Shown in pieces: positions 1 to 15,290 of a DNA stretch of 64,000 bases. The stretch covers positions 32,302,001 to 32,366,000 of the forward strand of contig OX597816.1 of NCBI GenBank assembly GCA_951406725.2, read 5' to 3'. Below the pieces are notes generated by a model. It worked only from the letters and a program-made list of their open reading frames with translations, ran no database searches and was not told the origin of the DNA. Position 1 is the stretch's first letter. The number at the start of each line of letters is the position of its first letter. The DNA comes from Octopus vulgaris (lineage: Eukaryota). The translations under genes and the position numbers were made by a program.

Positions 1-471
1 ATGCTAATGACGACATCTCAGTGTCCATCGTTCTTAATATTTCAGTGGCGAACTATCTTACTTTGTCTGTAACTTTCACGTCTTCTTTAACGAATGACGT
101 GATTTAGATATCCAAGGACGCTATCATGCGTTAAATTCGGTGTATAAGTAATATCCATACACACCGATAACGTCTAAATTACTAGAGTGGCTTTAATTTG
201 TAATTCAAAATTTGTGTGTGTTTGCGGAGAAGTATTAAGTAATATCTATTTGCCAACACAATGTGGCAGCCCAACGCAGAAAGATGTAACTACATTTTAG
301 CCCCAGCAACACATGTGTTCCCGATGAATACCAACACATTGTCTGTATCCGTATACTGTGAGCAGGGGGTTATATTGCTACCTTTGTAGCCTTAGCGATT
401 CCTGTAGACCAATACTCTCTGAGTTATTTCTATCCCTCATATCAGGTCAAACTCCGGCTAGTGATTGATTC

Positions 472-599
472 ATTTTCTTTTTTGTAAGCCCAGTACTTAT
501 TCTATCGGTCTCTTTTTGTCGAACCGCTAAGTGACGGGGACGTAAACACACCAGCATCGGTTGTCAAGCAATGCTAGGGGGACAAACACAGACACACAA

Positions 600-630
<31 letters not shown>

Positions 631-792
631 CATATATACGGCAGGCTTCTTTCAGTTTCCGTCTACCAAATCCACTCACAAGGCATTGGTCGGCCTGGGG
701 CTATAGCAGAAAACACTTGTCCAAGATGCCACGCAGTGGGACTGAACCCGGATCCATGGGGTTGGTTAGCAAGCTACTTACCACACAGCCAC
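472..792 (-). mobile_element. tRNA-derived SINE, family A (octopus OK/OR-type; exact family name uncertain), 3' end truncated
   Basis: Minus strand begins GTGGCTGTGTGG (A box) ... GGTTCAGTCCC (B box), then a body and an internal (TA)n/(TG)n tract. Closely similar to copies at 22061-22463, 48572-48736 and 52641-53470. Confidence 0.85.
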
Positions 793-3163
793 ATATAAAT
801 GATAGTTTATAGTTATAGAACATCTATGTTACTGCATAAGACAATGTTTCAACAAGTAAATATTAATGATAAAGTTTTGCTACAGCACAACCTAATTGCT
901 GCGTGCACACCGAATTGACTTTACGAGGTAACACTATTATGTAACACTATTATCTTTTGCTATATTTAATCAAATGTGAAACGGAACATTGTAGTATTGG
1001 TTAATCCGAAATTATGACTTACTTGACAGACACTTTTAGAAATTTAAATCTACTTGAATTAATACACGACAGGGCGGGAGTGATAATATTGAGACACTTC
1101 ACATGCGGGATACAAAGAAAAATTTGAATTTGAAATTATTCAGTTGGCAAACACCCATGGTTCAGGAGCTCAAGCATATTCAACAGCATAAAATTAAACA
1201 TATCAATGATATTTCAAAGCCACAAAACCTAAAAAGAAATATGAAATACCTAACAAAGGCAGAATTCATGACAGGCGATAACGTTCAAATTGAGGAAAAA
1301 GTTGTGACGTACACCTTTGAAGATTCAAATATTTGGAACGAAGGTCTAATATAAAATTTAAAATGAATTCTTTATCCAACTCAATATAGACATGAAGAGG
1401 CAAAACAATGTGTCCAAATTGGACATTAAGTCTATAGATTAGACAGGGAACTTATTTTGCTGAACAAGCAAGAAAGAGAACTCTACAGATTAGATAGCGA
1501 ACTTATGGAAGATCCCATTGAATAAACATCAAGAATCATGCGGAAACGATATGTTCGACAAATTCTTATCTTACAAATGTCCAAGGGAAGTATCAAAATA
1601 CTGGTGTCATGTAACGAGAGATTTTATCAAAATTTTATTAAAATATGACATCTCAAGATAAACCAAATCGAAATACAAACAGATATTAATAACGTCTTTG
1701 TCATTAATATTTGACTTTTAGACACTTAGATACACACAAGCACGCAAGCAAGCAAAATCTCATACAAGCACGTGAGAGCACAAACACAGTTGTACGTAGG
1801 TACACATGCACAATCATACATACAAATATGTACAAGATTATTTAAATATCCTGGAGAAAAAAAAAACTGAAACGTTTAAAGATTTCCCAAGATGAAACAG
1901 TTTTTTTTTTAGTAGTAATCAGTTAAACGTTTCTTTACTTGTCATCAAACCAGTCCGTCAGAAATCTCGTTCTTGAATAAAGACTGAATATACATATATA
2001 ATATAACTTAATACCAATAAATAGGACGTACATTTACTTTCTCAATTTCATTGAAATTAACCCACTGCAGATTTTTCCTTTATTAAAATATTCATCAATT
2101 CAGCCGACTTTCACACTCAAACGCACATGCACACACACACACACGCACACACCCACACACACACGCACACACGCACACACGCACATTCACTCACTCACCC
2201 ACATGAATAAATACCCAGCTATATGTTCAAAATCCCGAAACATTTGTCGATAAATTTTCTTAAATATGCTATATACTATACAATTGAGTAATAATAAAAC
2301 AAGGTGCAGATGTATTATTCGACTTATTATAATATACAAAACGTGTTATGTGTGTGTGCGCGTGCGTGTTTGTGCGTAGGTGGGTGTATGTGTGTGCGTG
2401 TGTATGTGTGTTTACACATATATTAGTGTAAACAGGAAAAATATTACTGAATATATTAGAAGTATATTTTTATTAATACTTAGCAGAAATAATAGTGCCA
2501 CTGAAAGTCGAGGCCTACAGTCACTCAAAGACTTCTCCTAAATATGTACGTACGCGCGTGTATGTGGATGCAGGCATAGTATCAACCTATATATCACTCA
2601 AGATTGTCTCACTCCGTTCAAAACATTCATTGATGAAGTATATTTGCAAATAATTACATTTGTTGCTTGAGGTAATGATAAGACAATATGTTGACACAAG
2701 TAATTCTAGATATTATTTGCAATAATTTTATATATCAATTTCAAAAGTATCAATTTATCTACCTCCTCACCTATCCACTAAAAAATAATATTTCACCGAT
2801 TAATGACTTGATTTCAGTGAAGCCAGTGTCTGGTCGCCATAAATTTTGATATTCTATTATTTGTCAGGGTTGGAGATACATTTGACTGCACTTCTTGGAT
2901 GACAACCAGCTCGCAGATACCTGACCGTGTCTCGGTAAATATTTATTTTCTCTTCATATATTTATGTACATACATATAATTTTTTTGTGCCGGTGTATAT
3001 AACTGCATATCTGCTTAGACATCTAACAATATACTCAATCAATATGTGAGTGTGTGTGTGTATGTATAGGTGTGCGTGCGTGCTTATATTGTCTGTGTGC
3101 ACGCGCGTGTGAATATATATATATATGTGTGTGTGAGTATGTATATATATAAATATATATATG

Positions 3164-3216
<53 letters not shown>

Positions 3217-4609
3217 ATGTGTGTGTGCCTGTGTGCATGGATAGATAGATAGATAGATAGATTGAGTGAGTGTTAGATAGATATATACCAAGAGACTCAC
3301 ATGAAAAATATATACTAACATAATAGGATACATACAATAAAACCGTAATGTTTGATATGTGTGTATGTTTTAAATTTCTGGACATATAATCGCTCATATG
3401 CTTTCTAGAATACAGTTTTATACATTATTACATTTGTCACATTCAATACTTATGCAGAGATACCTTTGATGACAGCAAATCTAAAACCGATATTCAAAAG
3501 TTGTCTGTCGAGGACACAGAGGTATGTTTATATTTGAATGCGTCATTGAAGACAGGCCAGTGGCGGTAAGCTGCTTCAACAAAATATACTAAATATTCGA
3601 TAAAGGTAATTTTAACTTTTGAAAATGTAATTATGGCATTAAATTATGATAAGAAAATATATTCTTTTTTTCATCATTTAAGGTAATTGGAACAATTATA
3701 TCAAGCACTCATTAACATATTTCTGTGGTACAATATGCAGGCTTCTTCCAGTGCATTGACTCGCTGTAGGCGTTAGTAGCCATTCTACATTCTGTGTTCC
3801 CTGCCACGGAATACGCTTGTTCCAGTAGTGTATGTCTATTAGATATACTAGCAATTCAACATGGCTTTGACAAATGTCGTCGACACCGGCTCCTTGTTAA
3901 GACGGGGTTTGTAAAACCCACCCAACAAGAAATGGAGATGAGCAGAGGCTCCAATCTCACTAGTTGTCAATCAGGTTGTCATTGATGGCTGTTATAAAGT
4001 AGGCTTTCACAACTCAACCTTGCGGGATTAGCTTCATGGGCACCCATTTCTGCGTGAAGCTGACAAAATTGCTCGTCACCACGCTGCGGTATTTTCATCT
4101 TGATAGAAAAACCAATCTACATACTAAGCTATTTTAAACGGTTCATCAGCCCAGAGGCTCAGAATGATATCGATCTCCGTGGACTTGCTCCTTTCGGTGG
4201 GGACGTAATCTCTGTTTATAATATTACTAATGCTCCTTTGTTGCTTAAGTTCTCCCAAACTGTTTCAGCTACTACTTTCTCTTGCTTTGACAGAAGTATT
4301 GTCACCCTTGTTGTTACTAGTGCTGCTGCTACCGTTATCACCTTTAGTGATTTTACTGCAGGTGTTATCACTGCTAGCGTTGCTACAGGTGTTCGTTTCT
4401 CATCTAAATTTTACTGATGACGAAGCTCTTGTTTCTGCTGCAGTTGACCGTTGCAGCTATAGCGTTGGATCTATTTTTTCAATGACGATACTTATTCTTC
4501 CATAAGCAGAATCCAGTGTTTACTACCATTGATGCTATTTTTGCTATGGCTATTATTTATGATGCAATTTTTACATTTACTGCCAGTAACCGCAAGATAA
4601 CAATTTGCT

Positions 4610-5227
4610 ACTTTTGGCACAGGGACCGAAATTGTTTGTGAGGGAGCTAGTCGATTAGATCGATTCCAGTACGCAACTGGTATTTAAATTATCGTCCCCG
4701 AAAAGGATGAAATGCAAAGACGACCTCGGCGTAATTTGAACTTAGAACGTAAAAACAGACGAAATACTGCTAAGCATTTCGACCGACGTGTTAACATTTC
4801 TTATTTCTTTACTTCCCACAAGGGGCTAGGCACAGAGAGGACAAACAAGGACATACAAACGGATTAAGTCGATTATATCGACACTACTGCGTAACTGGTA
4901 CTTATTTAATCGACCCCAAAAGGTTGAAAGGCAAAGTCGACCTCAGCGGCCGACGAAATATTACTAAGCGTTTTGCCCGGCGTGCTAACATTGCTTATTT
5001 TTTGTTACCCACAATGAGCTAAACATAGAGGGGACAAGCAAGGAAAGACAAATGGATTAAATCGATTACATCGACACCAGTGCGTAACTTGTACTTATTT
5101 CATCGACCTGGAAAGGATGAAAGGCAAATCGACCTCGGCGTAATTTGAACTCAAAACGTAACGGTAGACGAAATACTTCTAAGCATTTCGGCCGGTGTGC
5201 TAACGTTTCTGCCGGTTCACCGCCTTA
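4610..5227 (-). mobile_element. Head-to-tail trimer of a second SINE (family B, about 200-bp units)
   Basis: Three diverged units share gttagcacgccgg-cgaaatgcttag ... gaggtcgactttgcctttcatccttt ... gtcgat ... aagtaccagttacgca on the minus strand. B-box-like GAGTTCAAAT is present in two units. A monomer lies at 26125-26295. Confidence 0.8.
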
Positions 5228-6452
5228 GCAACCGTAAGAGCATTGTTGCAATGATTTGAAGTTTCAAACTTCAACAGTTGGAAATTGTGAGGGTTTCAAT
5301 CTTTGTTTCTTACTGAAATTATATTAGAAGTCACTTTTCAACTCCCCTGGTGTTTAAAGAAGCCAATAGCATATTTGCAAAACAGCCTTTTTTAAAACGA
5401 AAATTTGCATAGATTTTCAACTGATTCCAGTCCCAAGAAAGCTAACGGCCCTATATATTTCATGTTGACTTAACAATATTTGTATAACGAAAATTTACAA
5501 TTGGCAACTTAAATTATTTATAACAACATTCAAAACAATAATTTTAACCGTAGTCAAGAATAGAGATTATGTTACTTACAATAATGTCTGGCACATTAAG
5601 GAAAGAAACCGAATGAAATAAGAAAATATATCTCTTCTCTCATCACTCACACACAAATATTTTTAAATATTTGAAAAGTATAATAATATTACAGTCCATC
5701 GTATGAAAAGATATGGAGATATGCAAAATGTGATTACGAAGATCATAATGATGAGTATAAATAATAATGATTTTTGTGAGGATGGTCAGCTGTTGCAGAG
5801 AAGGATAAATAAATATAATGTCGGTGTTGCCGATGAAGTAGCCAAACTTTAGGAGAAAGACGGCAATGACGAAAACAATTGATACGATGCTGGCGTAATG
5901 ACTATGAGGATAAAGGTGATGATGATATGACGACGACAACGATGATTACGACGGTGAAAATGATAAAAGTGAAGGCAACGACGTCGACGACGGTGATGTT
6001 GATGATGATGATAACTTTACTAATCTATTCTATTAATCTTAAAAATTTCAATTTTTCTCAATAGCTTTCAAGACGATTGGATTCAGTTCAAATATATTTG
6101 GATATAACGTAATATATTCGATGAGATGGGAACACGCATTCGCATCCAATCACACATACACATATAAGATCTTAATCACACTCGATACTTGTATGCATAC
6201 CTCGAATATATACAAAGTAATATACATATGTATACATAGTATTACCACAAACATATGTATACGGATGCGGAAAATTACTCATACACAAACTCACATAGGT
6301 GCACACAGAAACATACGCATACTATAAAAAGAAATTCTGAAATTACTATATATTACTTATAATAATTTCAACTTTTGTTCTTTATTCAATTATCATCAGA
6401 AACACATTTTGAATTAAATTAATATTTTTGGTGAATGAGATGTGCTTCGTGC

Positions 6453-6745
<293 letters not shown>

Positions 6746-7513
6746 CATTGTTCTTTTTATTATTAATATTATTACCGATTGTGTTGTGTTTTTCTTTATA
6801 TTTATTGTTATTTGTTACGTATTCTTTTTCCTTCTTATAATTGTTGATTGCAAATATGCTATGTGATATTTAATTAAAATATATAAACATATAACATGAA
6901 TTCCACAATAATATAACATATTTAACACGTATGAATGATATTTGTTAATTTAGTGTTTCGTAACTGATTTCTTTTAGAAAATTGCATTTCATTAACTGAA
7001 AACTATGCAAATTAAGTTCGAAATTGTATGAAAATGTCAATCCATATAGGGGAAAATTCGAATAAAATACGTAGAATCTAATGATGTTTTGCTGTTAACT
7101 TTTTTCCCGACGTAATTCTTATAATTAACATTTCATGCCGGCATAAAATATTTTCACTTATTTATTAGACTCGCTCACTTCCAGTAATATTTCTGCTATA
7201 GTTCAAACAACCGCCTCACAATCTAAGCTCATGAATTAAACCCTAGTCCGACTATCTTACATAAATTTCATGGTCAGTGGCCTAATTTAATATAGAATTT
7301 CTGTTCAAACTTAACATAGGTATAAACAGGTCCAAAGGACCGGTTCTTCTCTTCATAGGTAAAAATAGTTCATTTTGCATCTTTTATTGACCTTTAATAT
7401 GAGTCAGTATGTTTTTTCATCTCTTGATCAACATTTCTCATGTTCTCTTTTTATCACATTCTGTGTTGTGGGGTGTATGGGTATACATGTGAGTGTGTCC
7501 TTGTGTGTATGTA

Positions 7514-7580
<67 letters not shown>

Positions 7581-7583
<3 letters not shown>

Positions 7584-7900
7584 ATTGCAGCGTGGAAGGT
7601 GTTTATAAGCCATTTAAGAAACACACAAAAGCCGTTCGATTCACTTCAACATTTAAGTTTAATTTGTCAAAATATTTTCGTCGCTAAAATCCGCGACCTG
7701 TTCATTGACAAAGTCCGTGCTGCACGGACTTTGTCAGTGAACAGGTCGCGATTTTAGCACGGACAAATTAAACTTAAATGTTGAAGTGAATCGAACGCTT
7801 TTCAGTGTTTCAAATGGCTATAAACTTCCACGCTGCAATTGTTTTCGTTTTAGCACACGACCTCAGATCAAATTACTTGCTATGCGAGTACATCTCCGTA
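7581..7900 (+). mobile_element. Fold-back mini-element (family F1), probably PLE pLTR-derived
   Basis: Inverted repeat 7581-7852 (acaattgcagcgtggaag ... cttccacgctgcaattgt) centred near 7720 (gtccgtgc-t-gcacggac), plus a unique tail ending catctccgtaaa. Flanked by (TA)n. Relatives at 10686-10975 and 61402-61525. Confidence 0.7.
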
Positions 7901-7901
7901 A

Positions 7902-8154
<253 letters not shown>

Positions 8155-10311
8155 TCACATATACAAACACACATACATATATATCACCACCACCGTCATC
8201 CTGATCAGAACACCTTGGGGAGATGGACTTGAAACGTGGTAGTGGACAAATACATAGTTACAAAGTGCGATAAATAAATAATTGTCTTCTAAATTACGCA
8301 CAAATGAAAATAACATTAATATCCTCAGATTGACACCTAATCACTCTGAAATGCTGGTTTTCAAACTCCCGGCGTGAATGTCAAACAGTACAGCAAATCG
8401 TTCCCAAAATTTCTGGTAGAGTGAATTGCGTTCTGGTAACATCTTTCCCAAACACAGTGCACAAATGACCCTGCTATACTGTTTACTCGACACAATCGAA
8501 AACAAAACAACGCGCGTATGCGAAATTAAATATATAAACAGCGTTAATTTGTCCATTGCACGCTTTACATGCCCACATATCTAAAGCAACCAACCCATGA
8601 TTCTCTGTGTTTGTGTGTGTGTTTGAATGTATTTTTGTTCACATATTTGTTGGATCATGTGTAGATGCGTTTGAGTTTACCGCGATCTGTCTATACGGCT
8701 TGTGCACAGATTTGAGAAACTTTCTTTGCGATACAATATTATTTAAGCTAACCTTGCCATATAGAAATACATAAATCGCTAAACAAACCAGAAGTTAATG
8801 GAATTGTATGTGAAGCGTACGATAAATTTTAAACTGTATATAGAGAGGGATTAAAATATATCTGGTGATTTCACCCCTTTGAATAATTCTTGAACGGATA
8901 TTATACACATTCCTGTGAACTTCGCTGGTGCATTTGCAACAGCTTTTTTACGATAAGAAACGCAGCTACGAGTTTTGTTAAAACGAGTGACGGATGAATC
9001 CTACAAACCAGGTCTATATTAAATGGTACGTATTTTTTTTATTCTATAAAAATATACTTTGGTTTGTTAGCTAGAATAAAAGGAATTATATATTAGGTGT
9101 AAACTATTGTTATTACTAATATAATTGTTTTCGTTGTTGTTGTGGTTGTTAATATAGTGGTTGGTAGTGGTGTTGTTTCTATTGTTATTATGGCTTATCT
9201 TTCTCATGCATTCAAATGATTACATTGGAGTGAAAGACAGCGAAATACATTAAAGTAAATTAAAGCAAGACCAAATTCGATTTGGTGGTCCTTTCTATAG
9301 AAAGCTATCTTCATTCTCAAGGTGATCATTGCTGACGTTGTCTTATCCCCAATGGCCGAAAACGACCCAAATTCATTCATCAATGCTGATTGTCTTAATT
9401 CTAGTAACGTGAGTTGTTTGAAACATTCATATAATCATGTGAGTAACAATATATTGATGTAATACATCCGTTCGGATTTGATTCGGTTTTATAAGCATAT
9501 ACATACACACATCTTCAGAGACACTGTTATTCATTTAGAGATCCATTAAGTTAACGACGTCTCTGTCAACATAAACATTACAAAGTCTTCTTATATCTGC
9601 ATTTGTCTTCTCTTCATCTCAAACGGAAATTTCAACCATTTTTCGGAATATTCCCTCTTCTCTTAAATCATTGTCATCAACATCACCATCATCCGTGTCA
9701 TCATCATAATATTCTTGCCCATCCTCCTACTCATCACCAAGAAATATATCACTACCAACACCGCCCCTAAAGTTATTTATAATTTTGACGTTCATCATCG
9801 AGTCCAACATCATCAACACAGTAATGATGGTCGTCGTCTTCGTTGTCGTTGCCGTCGTCGTCGCGTTAATCATAAAAATACCATGAACATGAGCATCTCC
9901 ACCACCAATAACAACAACATCCCCATCATCATCATCGACGTCGTTACCGTCGTCTTTGTCACCACCACCACCACCAGCTCCACCACCGTCACCTCATTTT
10001 CGGTAGACGATGTGACAACTGGAAGAAATGGGTACAAATTTATACGTCGAATTCAAAGTAAAGCGAAGTTGAACTGAATGAAGGTTTCAACCCAAAGCAG
10101 CAGAGCGCTAGATGTTTCAAAAGGATCTCTGCAATTCTGCAGAGAGAGTTCCAGAGAAAAGTGCATGCTATTATTCATTTTCAGCTGATACACTTGTCAA
10201 TTATTATACTTTCTCTACTTATATTAACTGAATAAATATCGTAACACTGCTAGATTGCTCCTTATCACCTATAAACATAAACATATGCAAGCGTCCACAA
10301 ACACACCTCGA

Positions 10312-10616
10312 TATGTGGCTCAGTGGTTTAGGGCATTCGGCTCACGATCGTATTGGCGTGAGTTCAATTCCTGGCGACGCGTCTTGAGCAAGAAGCTTCA
10401 TTTTACGTTAGTCAAGTCCATTCATGTGTTACTCCAATTCACTCATGTAATTCAAAGGGCCAGCAATGTCACACTCTGCGTCACGCTTAACCTCCCTGAG
10501 AACTACATGAATGTTACACATATCTGTCGAGTGCTCAGACACTTGCGCGTTAATTTAACAAGCAAGCTGTTCCCTTGATCAGGTGGGACCCTCGTCGTTG
10601 TAACGACGGATTGCGC

Positions 10617-10617
<1 letters not shown>
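10312..10617 (+). mobile_element. tRNA-derived SINE, family C (diverged copy)
   Basis: A box TGGCTCAGTGG and B box GAGTTCAATTCC. The 3' half (gtcacactctg...gagaactac...gttaatt...gctgttcc...gacgga) matches 32573-32936. Confidence 0.75.
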
Positions 10618-10667
<50 letters not shown>

Positions 10668-10685
10668 CGTATATGTACGTTATAG

Positions 10686-10975
10686 TTACGGAGATGTACT
10701 TGCATACCAAGTGATTTGATCTGAGATCGTGTGCTGAAACGAAAACAATTGCAGCGTGGAAGGTGTTTGTAAGCCATTTAAGAAACACACAAAAGCCGTT
10801 CGATTCACTTCAACATTTAAGTTTAATTTGTCAAAATGTCTTCGTCGCTTAAAGACCGCGACTTGTTCACTGACAAAAATATTTTGAGAAATTAAACTTA
10901 AATGTTGAAGAGAATCGAACGGCTTTTGTGTGTTTCTTAAATGGCTTACAAACAACTTCCACACTGCAATTGTTT
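10686..10975 (-). mobile_element. Fold-back mini-element family F1, second copy
   Basis: Same tail as 7853-7900 in reverse orientation. Inverted arms span 10743-10975, with a different turn point from the 7581 copy. Confidence 0.7.
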
Positions 10976-11650
10976 ACGTTATAGTTATATTTTATAAACT
11001 TTTGAGATAACCTTCAATAATTATCATTTATTTAATATTTCGAAATATAGACACACAATAAATAATACCATCTAAATATTTTATTGAAAATGCTCTTTCG
11101 ATATAAAACTTGCAATTCTTCAGTATATACAAGGAATTATTCATAGTTAAATATGAGTTTAGCGAGCCCTCGACCCCACGCAATAGGTGAACATCCAAGA
11201 AGTAGAAACAGTACTCTCTATATATTTTTTTTATTTCTATAATTTGTACATATTGTATTATAAATGCAAGAAAGCACCACGAAGAAGCGACGTAAGCTTA
11301 AATAGTAAACCACAATAAGGAAATTGCGATATGGCAAGTGATAACTGTTTCTGAATAATATTTAACATCTTGAAAGTTTATTAATTTCTCATGATTTCAA
11401 CACTACGTAGTTGTTGTAAGAATAGATTTTCTATACTGGACAGAACAATTTAAAGCGTTGTCTACATGCTATGCGGGTTCGATTACCTCTAGCATTACCT
11501 GCGCATTTTTCTCTCCAAGAGCGAATTCATAGTAACAATTAAATACTATTATTTGTAGCCTAAGATCCTACATCGAGATATTTACAAAAAAATACATGTA
11601 TAGATGGATGTCTACATGCATGCCTAATAGGTGCATATAATCCATATCTA

Positions 11651-11744
<94 letters not shown>

Positions 11745-11754
11745 TATATATACA

Positions 11755-12520
11755 CGTTAAATAATAGAAAATGGAAAGTATACAAAGTGACGTACATCAA
11801 CTCGTAGACATTCCAGTGTGTCTATTTATTCAAAAGTAATTGGAAGCATTAGTATTAGGAAGCATTACACACACATGTGTTGATATTACAGGAGAGATTA
11901 TAAAATAAGTTTCTTACGGCTGTTTCTGCCGAGAGGAAACGAAATTCTCCATGCTATATCCATCTCTTCGGTGTTTTGTAGGGATGGGCAGATAAAATTT
12001 GGAAGATGAGCGTGCCTCTAGGCGTCTTCCTAGGGTTTAAATAGTCATTGGGCTAATAAATATATTATAACAGTTAACCAGAATCCATGTAACTTCGTCG
12101 AATGGTGGATAGGTTAGAACATGTCGTTCTTGGAATGAGGTTTTAGAAAGGGTAAATTTTGGCAGCACGCATTATCTGTACATAGGAATACGGAGGTGAA
12201 AGTGCATATATAAAGTACCAGCTAGTAGGTGCAACGTTGTTGATGGAATGGTATAAGTAACCTATGATGGTGAACCCACCATGGGAATATTTCGTATATA
12301 ACTGTACTAATGGGGGTAAGGAACCAGGTGGTGTCTAAGTTTTTTACCCTCTTCATTTTCTCTTATTAGCCGTATAAATTAAAGGATAAGACACATTTAG
12401 CCCCCACCTATATATGACTAAATTGCGACGTTGCAATAACCACTTGACTTTGAATAACTGGATACATTAACAGCAGCATATTGGATAGGTACTATCACTT
12501 AGTTGGTCATCCTCCCAGCC
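11755..12520 (-). mobile_element. Probable degraded PLE 3' tail/pLTR
   Basis: Minus strand has a hammerhead-like remnant ccgaaga...gaaacagccgta at 11911-11971. No coding signal recognised, so this is mostly inference. Confidence 0.3.
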
Positions 12521-15201
12521 TCTAACTCTCACATAAACATACATATGTATAATCGCACACAGGAATGTCGGTTTATATTGATAGATTGATGGATAAATAT
12601 AACATATATACTAACAGATATACAGCGTTTTCTATATTCTGTCTCTATTTCCTACTCATATTCAGTTATATTTAGATCGTTATATGTGGTTTGTGCTTGA
12701 TGAATATATTTGAGATATTTCTTAAATTGTTAAAGAATCAGTAGCAATTAAAGACATGTATTGTGTCCTGTAAATAAATAACATATATCTCTCACTATAT
12801 AGAGTACATTTTTCTTGAATTATCTATCATGGAACAATGCAGGAGATGGGAGCAGGTGTGCGTGTGTGTCTATTTGTGTACTTGCAATTATTAAATGTGT
12901 ATACGCAAAATTTAAATTATTTAACGCATTTCCTGAGCAACAGAGCAAATCATATCGTTTCTGAATTTATCGATAATATAATGCAAGTTCATAATAAGTG
13001 TTCGTTCACGTTTCATGTATTACAAGGGCATGGCCTAGGTTTCAAAATATGTAATGGGAAATGCTAAATTATTCTGCAGTGATGGAAGACAGAAAATAAT
13101 AAAGAAAAAAATGGGAAGTTAAGAAGTGCGATAAATGCTTATGATGATGATGGTGATGATGATGATGATGACGACGACGATGAAGACAACAACAATATTG
13201 ATAATCGTGGTAATGATTTTGAGACTACGACGACGACGACGCCGACGGCGGCAAAAACGACGACGATGGTAATTATGATGGTGATGGCGACTACGACGAC
13301 GACGACGACGATGATAATGATGATGATGATTTAGTGGCTCTGATTTAAATAGCACTCTATAATTCAGGATGTTATTTTTTTCTTGTTTATCCCGAAGCCA
13401 ACTCCATTCCAGTAGACCTATGATTAAATACAATCAAGACACCTCTATAATGTGTTTACTAATATCCAAGTTTTACTTATCCTATATGAAGCCGCATCCC
13501 TTTGTTACTGGTAGATTGTAATTTCAGGTCAACATGGCTGTAAGATATATTATCATGTAGAAAAAAAAGGAAAAACACATAGAAGCTTCTAAATTAATGG
13601 CATTCTAATACACTAATTACTTTCGCTATTATTTTAGCACGGTAATGTTAATCATTTTGTCAAAAATACACAGTATTCTGAAGCATTTTAGCATTGTACA
13701 ATCCTCTTGTATTTTTTCAATATCTTCCTTCAATTTCACTCTCCCAGTATCTATGCCCTGGTTCTTGCTATCTGGCTATAGCTTTCGTTTTAAACAAATA
13801 GATGGGACCTACTTCGCCCACCACCACTTAACGTTTCCTATTTCTTGATTTGTATCTCTAAACACTGTCCCATTTCTTCACCGTATCACACTTAATTCTA
13901 CTTTTTAAAGTAAGAATTTCAACTATGTTAGGTGGCCTGCTACCAAAACAACTCCTTTATAGGATCCAGATAACTCATGGCATCATCAGGAAGAACTACG
14001 TCCGGTTTCGGCCCCTACTCCTCTACCCTTTTGACGTGGCACCCCACCACATTTCGTATGTGTCTTCAGCTCTGCTGTTGGGTGCATGTCTTCTTTCGCC
14101 TTCTTTCATCTGTTCCCTGGCCTCTTCGATGTAGCTTCAACGAGTGCCAGCGGGCGACTGCCTGTCTTGTCACGAGCTTTTGTTCGTCGTCACCTTTGAA
14201 TTTGGTGGTCATTCTTGCTACATCGTTGTCGAATGTTTAAATACCTCGCTGCGTCATTTGCTTTCGGCTACTTAATCTCTGTCCTCTTCACGCCTATCAC
14301 TTTTTTTGACTGCTCCACTTCAACTGTGGAATGAACCTCGCTATGGTTATTTTCCAGGAGGTTCTGGCAACACGCCTTGTGGTTTATCAACCCGCGTTGT
14401 TGAATTAATTTCTTCTGACACACCTTCCCTTGGTGGTTTCTCAGCCCTATGTAACTAGCAAACACATTTCCGCAGCAGCTGAGCTCCTCGGACATTCCAT
14501 ACAATAGTGCATTCTTGGTATGTTCCATTTCACTGTTTAATTCCATGAAAATTTGCTGCAAAATGAAAATATAGAATTTTAAAGATGTAGATATCTAATT
14601 AGTAAATTAGTTAATTAGTAAAAGCTATGACGGTATTGACTTTCGAGAATTTAACTTCTTTTATTACAATTTTTTTTATGCTCCATACACGACAAAACCA
14701 AACAGATGGTTTTATTTTAAATTTTCAAATGTTGAATAAACTCATACCGACACTGCAAGTAAAAGAAAAAGAAGCTATCCGATGCTATCTCATTGAGAAT
14801 TCCAGCACTGAACACATATTGAAGTTTGACTCATACTTATGTTTAAAAAAGCTTGCCAAAACAAAATGAGATATTCCCTTCAAATTGGAAATATATTTCG
14901 AAAAGAATAGATTTGTGTTACAATTTAGCACATAATTACCATTGTAGGAATCATATCGTGACTACAGCTAAATATATAAGACAACATACTAGAAATTAAT
15001 ATTTGTTACTATTTACCGAATAACATGCCATAGCTAATTTACGTGCAAACGTCAAGCCTGTTAGTTAACTGCGAACGGTGCTGTGCGAGGCTAGAATGAA
15101 GAAGTAGTAGGGATATATATATATATATATATATTTACTTCCAATATAAGTATATTTGAAAAAAAAACTTTTATCAGTGGTTAGCATATTAATATTTAAG
15201 G

Positions 15202-15289
<88 letters not shown>

Positions 15290-15290
<1 letters not shown>

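Noticed and set aside
1103-1420. 83-aa ORF, possibly pogo/Tigger C-terminus
   Set aside because: Only vague resemblance; no diagnostic motif or TIR seen.
4100-4505. Hydrophobic Ala/Thr/Val-rich ORFs
   Set aside because: Decayed trinucleotide (GCT/ACT/GTT) low-complexity sequence with no domain motif.
8341-8556. YQKFWERF as a BEL/Pao gag fragment
   Set aside because: Single short motif with no supporting LTR-element context.
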